A stretch of 64,000 nt of DNA, from positions 1,856,001 to 1,920,000 of the forward strand of contig OZ244852.1 in assembly GCA_965220965.1 (NCBI GenBank), in the 5' to 3' direction. Under the pieces are notes generated by a model. That model saw only the letters and a list, made by a program, of their open reading frames with translations, did not search any database and was not told the DNA's origin. The stretch is from Candidatus Marinacidobacterium sp. (GTDB taxonomy: Bacteria > Acidobacteriota > Vicinamibacteria > Marinacidobacterales > Marinacidobacteraceae). The translations under genes were made by a program, and so were the position numbers. Positions 57,720-64,000 of the stretch are shown here, piece by piece. Position 1 is the first letter of the stretch, and each line of letters starts with the position of its first letter.

Positions 57720-58196
57720 ATGCCGACCGAGCGCCTGCGCGCCGAACTCCAGCGCCTGCTGCTGGATGACGCGGTGGGCGCGGCGGCCTCCCTCGCGCCC
57801 CGGATGCTCGCCGATCCCCGGTCGCTGACGCCGGAAGTGCGCTGGTGCCTGCTCTACTTTCTCCGCGGCGTGCGGTGTCTGGCCGCCAGCGGCCGCCTCC
57901 TCGAGCCCGGCTCGCTGCTTCACCTGGTGGCCCATGCGGCCGAGTCGGCGCGCCACTCCACCGCCGACACCGACCAGGTCTGGTATGAAGTCGCGCGCGA
58001 GCTCCCCGGCCACTGGCTGCGGCGCTACGAGGAGATGGACGTCCGCTATTCGCTGGAGGAACTCCGGCGCCTGAACCTGCTGCTCGCCCGTCTGTGGATC
58101 GTCGAGCGTCGCCGGATCCGGTACCTCGACCCGCCTCTCCTTCCCCACTACCTGCGGATCGCCGAGCCCCCCGGCGGGATGGCCGCGACCGGCTGA
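57720..58196 (+). CDS. Hypothetical protein
   Basis: 158-aa ATG ORF, co-oriented, ordinary composition; no motif recognised. Confidence 0.6.
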   Translation: MPTERLRAELQRLLLDDAVGAAASLAPRMLADPRSLTPEVRWCLLYFLRGVRCLAASGRLLEPGSLLHLVAHAAESARHSTADTDQVWYEVARELPGHWLRRYEEMDVRYSLEELRRLNLLLARLWIVERRRIRYLDPPLLPHYLRIAEPPGGMAATG

Positions 58197-58253
58197 TCCG
58201 CTCCCGAAGTGGCCGCCCGAGGCGATTCAGCCCGCCCGGAGGAGGAAAACCCG

Positions 58254-59870
58254 ATGCCTGATCGCTGGACCCCCTACCGGAGACCGCCGCTCCGGCCCCG
58301 AAGCCCGATGAAGCGCGCGCGGCTGGCCGCCGGAGGGCTTCTCCCCCTCGCCGCCCTCCTCTCCGGGTGCGGCGGCCCTCCGACTGCTGGAGGGACTTCG
58401 CTCGCGACCCAGGTGATCGACCTCGACATCGCCGGGATCCACGCCGGCCTCGAGAGCGGGGCGTTCACCTGCGTGGAGCTGGTGGAGGCGTACCTGGCGC
58501 GGATCGAGGCGTACGACCGGGCCGGGCCCCGACTCCACGCGATCGTCGCGGTCAATCCGGCGGCGGTCGAACGGGCCGCGGAGGCGGACGCGCGGATTGC
58601 GGACGCCGGGGGCCGGATCGAGCGGCCGCTCGAGTGCGTCCCCACGATCGTCAAGGACAACTACGACACCGCCGACATGCCGACGACCGCCGGTTCGGCT
58701 TCGCTCGCCGCTTCCATCCCGCCGGACGACGCCTTCCAGGTCCGGCGCATCCGCGAAGCCGGCGCCATCGTGCTCGCCAAGTCGAACATGGCGGAGTTCG
58801 CGTTCAGCCCTTACGAGAGCCTCGGTTCGATCGTGCCGGGACACACCCGCAACCCCTACGACCCCCACCGGGTTCCCGCTGGTTCTTCCGGTGGGACCGG
58901 GGCGGCGGTCGCCGCCAGTTTCGGCGCGGTGGGTCTCGGCACCGACACCGGGAACTCGATCCGGGGCCCCTCCTCGCACAACGCGCTCTTCGGCATCCGC
59001 TCCACCATGGGGCTGACGAGTCGCGACGGCATCGTCCCGCTGAACCTGTTTCGCGACATCGGCGGCCCGATGGCGCGGACCGTGGAGGACGCCGTCCGGG
59101 TGTTCGATGTGCTCGCCGGACCGGATCCGGCGGATCCGGCGACCGATGGCGTCGACCGGGAGCCCGACTACCTCCCCTATCTGGACGCCTCGGATCTGGG
59201 CGGGTTCCGGATCGGGGTGGTTCGGCAACTCTCGGACACCGACAGCGCCGATCCCGAAATCCTCGCGCTCTTCGAGGCGGCCCTGGCGGATCTGACCGCG
59301 GTGGGCGCCGAAATCGTGGATCCGGTGGAGATCCCCGGGCTGGACGCCGAAGGATCGCTGTGGTGCAACCCGTTCCGCGCCCAACTGGAGTCCTACCTGG
59401 CGAGTCTCGGGCCCGACGCGCCGGTGACGACCCTTCAGGAGCTCGTTGACGGCGGGGACTTCCACCCGTCGATCCGGGGCCGGCTGGAGACGGCGCTCGG
59501 CGTCGAGGAAGAGCCCGAGGTGATCTGCGCCGACGCGAACCGCCGCGCGGGAGAGCTCCGCGAAGAGGTGGCGGCGATCTACCGGGACCTCGACCTCGAC
59601 GCGCTCGCCTTTCCGAGCTGGAGCAACCCGCCCCGCCTCCTCGGCGACCTGACGACTCCGGACGGGAACAACTCTCCGCAGCTCTCCCCGCCAACCGGAT
59701 TTCCGGCGGTCACCGCGCCGATGGGTTTCACCGCCGCCGGCCTCCCCGCCGGACTCCAGCTCCTGGGCGCCGCCCTCGAGGAGGGGCGCCTGTTTCGCAT
59801 CTCGTACGCCTATGAGGCGCGGACCCGACACCGACGCCCGCCGCCGACCACTCCGTCGCTGGATCGCTGA
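58254..59870 (+). CDS. Amidase-signature family lipoprotein
   Basis: GGAGGA SD (alternative start 58308); lipobox LSGC; IVKDNYDT, GSSGGTG, GTDTGNSIRGP. Confidence 0.9.
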   Translation: MPDRWTPYRRPPLRPRSPMKRARLAAGGLLPLAALLSGCGGPPTAGGTSLATQVIDLDIAGIHAGLESGAFTCVELVEAYLARIEAYDRAGPRLHAIVAVNPAAVERAAEADARIADAGGRIERPLECVPTIVKDNYDTADMPTTAGSASLAASIPPDDAFQVRRIREAGAIVLAKSNMAEFAFSPYESLGSIVPGHTRNPYDPHRVPAGSSGGTGAAVAASFGAVGLGTDTGNSIRGPSSHNALFGIRSTMGLTSRDGIVPLNLFRDIGGPMARTVEDAVRVFDVLAGPDPADPATDGVDREPDYLPYLDASDLGGFRIGVVRQLSDTDSADPEILALFEAALADLTAVGAEIVDPVEIPGLDAEGSLWCNPFRAQLESYLASLGPDAPVTTLQELVDGGDFHPSIRGRLETALGVEEEPEVICADANRRAGELREEVAAIYRDLDLDALAFPSWSNPPRLLGDLTTPDGNNSPQLSPPTGFPAVTAPMGFTAAGLPAGLQLLGAALEEGRLFRISYAYEARTRHRRPPPTTPSLDR

Positions 59871-59906
59871 CCCGGGGCGCCGAATCTAGACTCCCGCCGC
59901 GCCGCC

Positions 59907-60239
59907 ATGCCGATCTACGAGTACCGCTGTTCCCCTTGCGGCCGGGTGTTCGAGGCGCTGCAGCGCGTCAGCGATCCGCCGGTCAGGACCTGCGGCCAGT
60001 GTGGCGGCGAGGCGCGCCGGATCGTCTCGGCGCCGGCGATCCAGTTCGTCGGCAGCGGCTGGTACGTGACCGACTACGCGCGCAAGGAGGCGAAGAGCGG
60101 AGCGGGCGGGAACGGGGACGGCCCCGGCCCGGGCGCCGCGTCGTCCGGCAAGACGGGTGACGCCAGGCCGGCCTCCCCGAAGGAACCGGGCAAGAAGGCC
60201 GCCGCCGCGGGGAGCAAGGCCGAGTCCGCTTCGACGTAG
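59907..60239 (+). CDS. FmdB family zinc-ribbon protein
   Basis: MPIYEYRCSPCG...CGQCGG...FVGSGWYVTDY. Confidence 0.9.
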   Translation: MPIYEYRCSPCGRVFEALQRVSDPPVRTCGQCGGEARRIVSAPAIQFVGSGWYVTDYARKEAKSGAGGNGDGPGPGAASSGKTGDARPASPKEPGKKAAAAGSKAESAST

Positions 60240-61349
60240 GTGCCGGCTCTTCGGGATCCCGGGCGACCTCCACCGGCCCGGCGCCACCTCCGGTCGGGAA
60301 GCGTGGTCCCGGCCTCTCTCGCGGCGCTGGCGCTCGCCGGTTCGCCCGTCGCCGGCCAGGAAGCGGCGATGGAACCGGCGGCGGCGTGCGAGGCGGCGGT
60401 GCGCGCCTCGGCATGGGAGGAGGCGGCGCCCCTGTGCCAGGCGGCCCTCGACTCGGACCCGGAGGCCTTCGGTCTCCACTATTTCCTGGCGTTCGCCCAC
60501 CAGGGACGCGGGGACTGGGGCCCGGCGGCGGACGCCTTCGAGGCCTTCGCGGCGCAAGCCACGGAGAGCGAAGAGCGGGCGCAGCGGATGGACGCCCAGA
60601 TTCGCGCGGCCGTCCGCGCCGCCGGCGTCGCGCGCTTCCGGGAGGGCCGGATGGAGGCCGCGATTCCGCTGTTGCGGCGCGCCACCGAAGCCGACGCCCC
60701 GGACGCGGAGGTGTGGTTCTGGCTTGGGGCCGCGCTCCGCCGGACGGGCGATCCGGCGGGCGCGGAAGCGGCGTACGAGACAGTGGTCCGCGAGGCGCCC
60801 GACGTTCCGGACGCCTGGTTCTTCCTGGCGCAGCTCCGCTACGAGGCCGGCGACCATGAGGCCGCGGGCGGCCGCCTGGAGCGATACCTGGAGGTCGCTC
60901 CCGATGGAGCGTTCCGCTCCGAGGCGCACTGGATGGCGGCGTCCATCGCGCTGCGGCGACTCGATCCGGAAGGGGAGCCCGACCCCTCCGACTCCGCGCC
61001 GACGATCGGCGACGACCAGGCGACCCATGCCTCCGAGGCGGCTCGCCACTTTGCGGCCTATCTGGAGGGCGCGGCCACCGGGGAGAGCGTCACGGACGCG
61101 GCGCGGGCGGCGCTCGCCCATTATTTTCTCGGTCGGACCGCGGAAGAGGCGGACCGCTGCGCGGAGGCCCGCCGCCACTACGAGTCCTTCCTCGAATTGG
61201 CCCCGGAGGACGAGCGGGCCCCCGAAGTGCGGACGTTCCTGAGCGAGGGGCTCGCCTGCGAAGTCTCCCCTCCCGCCCGCGCCGGGGACATTTCCGCTTC
61301 GCGGCGCAGCGCCGATGCGGAGACGGGTGAAACCCGTCCGGTGTGTTAG
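60240..61349 (+). CDS. Secreted TPR protein (paralogue 1)
   Basis: Signal-like SLAALALAGSPVAG-Q; TPR units (HYFLA, VWFWLG, AWFFLA, AHYFLG); start may be GTG 60303. Confidence 0.78.
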   Translation: MPALRDPGRPPPARRHLRSGSVVPASLAALALAGSPVAGQEAAMEPAAACEAAVRASAWEEAAPLCQAALDSDPEAFGLHYFLAFAHQGRGDWGPAADAFEAFAAQATESEERAQRMDAQIRAAVRAAGVARFREGRMEAAIPLLRRATEADAPDAEVWFWLGAALRRTGDPAGAEAAYETVVREAPDVPDAWFFLAQLRYEAGDHEAAGGRLERYLEVAPDGAFRSEAHWMAASIALRRLDPEGEPDPSDSAPTIGDDQATHASEAARHFAAYLEGAATGESVTDAARAALAHYFLGRTAEEADRCAEARRHYESFLELAPEDERAPEVRTFLSEGLACEVSPPARAGDISASRRSADAETGETRPVC

Positions 61350-61516
61350 TTTTCGGGCTTGCGCCCGGACGGTCCGCGCGCCCTAGCGAAATCCTCTCGC
61401 GGCGCGGTCGCGAGCGAAATCCCCCAACCGGATTCCCGATCCTGACGGAACCCTGCGACCCGAGGCGTGGCATGGCCGCCCGTCGGCGCCCGGTCCCCGG
61501 GAAGGAGACCCTCATC

Positions 61517-62575
61517 ATGGACACCCGATTGCTTCCGATCTCCCTGATCCTGCTCTTCGGCGCGCTGGCCGCGCCCGCTTCGGACGCCGAAGCCCAGGAT
61601 GTGGACCCGCAGAAGGCGGCCGCCTGCATGCAGGCGGTGGACAGCGCGAACTATGAGCAGGTCCTCGCCGCCTGTCCGGAGGTTCTCGCCGTCCTTCCCG
61701 AGGATCACCCGTACTACGCGCACTGGTCCCAGACCGTGAACTACGCCTACAGCCTCCAGTGCGAGCCGGCCGCCCAGGCGCAGCAATGGGACAGCGTGAT
61801 CACCTACTGCCAGATGGCGGTTCAGGCCAACCCGCAGGCGTTCATCCTGAACTACTACCTCGGGCTCGCGCACATGACCAAGGAGGACTGGGCGAACGCC
61901 GGGGTCAGCTTCTCCACCTTCCTCGACGGGGTCCAGGGGAACCGGGAGGCCGCCTCGCAACTGTCACAGCAGATCACCGTGGCGCAGCGTTCGGGCGGGA
62001 TCGCCTACGCGCGGGCCAACGCCATCCAGGACGCGCTGCCGCTGCTGCAGGCCGCTTCCCGGGCCAACCCCCAGGACGTGGAGATCCATTTCCGCCTCGG
62101 GAACGCGCTGCTGCGGACCGGAGACAACGCCGGGGGCGAGCGGGCGCTGGATGTCTACATCGAGCACGCCCCCGCTCCGGCGCCGGCGATCATCTTCATC
62201 GTGGGACAGCTCGCCTACAACTCGGGGAACCTGACCAAGGCCGACGCGTTGCTGAGCCGGTTCCTGGAGGCCCAGCCTTCGGGCCGCGGCAGCGCCGACG
62301 CCCATTACATGCTGGGCCAGGCCCTCCAGGCCTCGGACGAGGATCGGGCCATCACCCACTACCAGGGCTTCCTGGCCGGCGCCGACGCCGGGGACGCCCG
62401 CGTCGCCGACGCGAATTTCGCGCTCGGAACCATCCTCTACAACCGGGACGACTGCTCGAACGCCGAGCAGTACTACCAGGCGATGCTGGAAGCGGCGCCC
62501 GACCACGCGAACGCCGCGCAGGTCACCGAAATCCTCGCGTCCATCGCGGAAGGGGGCTGCGAGAGCGGTCTTTAG
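61517..62575 (+). CDS. Secreted TPR protein (paralogue 2)
   Basis: AAGGAG SD; MDTRLLPISLILLFGALAAPASDAEA-Q; TPR units (NYYLG, IHFRLG, AHYMLG, ANFALG). Confidence 0.85.
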   Translation: MDTRLLPISLILLFGALAAPASDAEAQDVDPQKAAACMQAVDSANYEQVLAACPEVLAVLPEDHPYYAHWSQTVNYAYSLQCEPAAQAQQWDSVITYCQMAVQANPQAFILNYYLGLAHMTKEDWANAGVSFSTFLDGVQGNREAASQLSQQITVAQRSGGIAYARANAIQDALPLLQAASRANPQDVEIHFRLGNALLRTGDNAGGERALDVYIEHAPAPAPAIIFIVGQLAYNSGNLTKADALLSRFLEAQPSGRGSADAHYMLGQALQASDEDRAITHYQGFLAGADAGDARVADANFALGTILYNRDDCSNAEQYYQAMLEAAPDHANAAQVTEILASIAEGGCESGL

Positions 62576-62775
62576 CACCCGGATTTGGCGGCCGGATTCC
62601 GCCGCCCGGCCGGACCGATTCGCTCCTGACCGATGCTCCGGGAGGGGCTCGGCGCATGTGGTAATGTGTCGCGCCTGATTCGCCGGGGTCCGGGAGTCTG
62701 TCCGAGTCGGTGGCCGGCGCTCGCGCCGCCCGGGAGGTCCCCGGCGAGGGGGTTCCGACCCCAAGGAGAGTTGTC

Positions 62776-63912
62776 ATGCCACTTCGGACGAGCTACGGGT
62801 TCCGTCTCGCGCTCGCGGCTTCCTTCGCCGTGGGCGTAACCGTCTCCGCCGCCCCGGACGCGTCGGCGTCTCCGGGCGTTCGGGCGTTTTCCGCGCCGAC
62901 GCAGATCACCGGGACGCCCGAGGACGACGACGCCTGCGAGGCGGTCATCGAGGCCCAGGACTGGGAACAGGTCATCGCGCTCTGCGAGCCGCTGCTGTCG
63001 ATCCACGACGAGGGCCACCGGATGTTCCAGTTCATCAGCGAGAACGTGGAGTACGCCCACACGACGCTGAACTATGCGACCCAGCAGCGCTGCCTGACCT
63101 CGGCGCAGAGCGGAGACTGGGACACCACGCTGGAGGCCTGCCCGACGACCATCGCGGCGTTCCCCGATTTCTTCGTGGGCCACCTGTTCGTGGGCCTCGC
63201 CCACAACGCCAGGGGAGCGACGGCCGAAGCGAACCCGGCGCTCGAGACCTTCATTGCAGCAGCCGAAGCCAGCCCGGACGCCGCGCAGCTTGGCGAGCAG
63301 ATCGCTCTGGCGCGCCGGACGGTCGCGATGAACCGGCTCGAAGCCGGGGACACCGCGGGGGCGCTTCCCATGCTCCGGGCGATCTCCGCCAGCGACCCGA
63401 CGGACGCCGAGGTCCACTTCCGGCTCGGGTTCGCGCTGCTCGGGGAGGATGATCCCGAAGGCGCCCGGGAGGCGTTCGATGCGGTGATCAGCCTGGACCC
63501 CGACATTCCCCAGTTGGGACAGGTGCTCTTTCTGGCCGGCCAACTGGCGTACAACGCCCAGGCCTACGACGAGGCGTCCGCGCGCCTGACCGCCTACATC
63601 GAGCGCAGCCCCGACGGCGATCAGGTCACCGAGGCCCACTGGCTGCTGGCCTCGATGGCCGCGCGCAACGACCAGACGGGCGCGGCCGTGACCCACTTCA
63701 CCGCCTTCCTCGAGGACGAGTCCTCGGGCGAGCGCGCGGCGCTGGCGAACTACTCGCTCGGCACGATCTACTTCAACCAGAACCAGTGCAACCGGGCGGC
63801 GACGTACTACAACCGTTTCCTCCGCCTGGCGCCCGGCGACCCCAAGGTGGGCGATGTCCAGGAGACGCTCCTCGACATCGAGGATGGGCTCTGCGAGCCC
63901 GGGCTGGACTGA
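62776..63912 (+). CDS. Secreted TPR protein (paralogue 3)
   Basis: AAGGAG SD; signal-like N-terminus; TPR units (VHFRLG, AHWLLA, ANYSLG). Confidence 0.85.
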   Translation: MPLRTSYGFRLALAASFAVGVTVSAAPDASASPGVRAFSAPTQITGTPEDDDACEAVIEAQDWEQVIALCEPLLSIHDEGHRMFQFISENVEYAHTTLNYATQQRCLTSAQSGDWDTTLEACPTTIAAFPDFFVGHLFVGLAHNARGATAEANPALETFIAAAEASPDAAQLGEQIALARRTVAMNRLEAGDTAGALPMLRAISASDPTDAEVHFRLGFALLGEDDPEGAREAFDAVISLDPDIPQLGQVLFLAGQLAYNAQAYDEASARLTAYIERSPDGDQVTEAHWLLASMAARNDQTGAAVTHFTAFLEDESSGERAALANYSLGTIYFNQNQCNRAATYYNRFLRLAPGDPKVGDVQETLLDIEDGLCEPGLD

Positions 63913-63934
63913 GTCGACCGGTAGAATTCGAGTC

Positions 63935-64000
63935 GTGAACCTCGGAAGACCGATCCGCATCGGACCTTTCCGGCGGCGCCCCGACCGGCGATGGCGATTT
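63935..64000 (+). CDS. Possible start of a gene running off the window
   Basis: TAGAAT (63922-63927), 7 nt, then GTG; frame open to the window end (MNLGRPIRIGPFRRRPDRRWR). Confidence 0.3.
   Translation, partial: MNLGRPIRIGPFRRRPDRRWRF

Noticed and set aside
62572-62600. TTAGCAC as a CIRCE half-site
   Set aside because: No matching GAGTGCTAA arm, it overlaps a stop codon, and no chaperone gene follows

Overview
A very GC-rich, gene-dense bacterial chromosome segment, mostly housekeeping. Gene content and style suggest Acidobacteriota (inference only). In order: a methionine cluster (TauE-like, metX, metY, CoA-binding, PmtA-like methyltransferase); mnmA, MOSC, CCA enzyme, PLP dehydratase, SixA; rpsU-purD-purE; rlmN; MBL hydrolase-purB-purS-purQ-purL-purF; M16 peptidase; tandem cyclophilin-YpdA-D-aminoacylase; NUDIX, TIGR00266 and glycerate kinase; hslV-hslU-lipoprotein-ECF sigma; fsa-pccB-accC-biotin carrier-tamB-Omp85-SurA-like; a group 2-like sigma factor; two amidases; rnhA, phzF, ABC-F; a TPR/FG-GAP/ASPIC-UnbV protein; FmdB; and three tandem secreted TPR paralogues. 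I saw no tRNA, rRNA, CRISPR array or mobile element. Main signals the ORF track misses: (1) a probable selenoprotein (AhpD/CMD family, CxxU) split by an in-frame UGA with a SECIS-like hairpin; (2) tandem NrdR-like boxes ahead of the MBL hydrolase-pur operon instead of nrd genes; (3) three secreted TPR proteins sharing a strict C-x8-[WY]-x6-C module; (4) probable CTG starts for hslU and purD; (5) a 50-aa membrane protein below the ORF cutoff; (6) an ECF-type promoter ahead of the group 2-like sigma gene. All calls come from motif reading by eye; no database searches were run.
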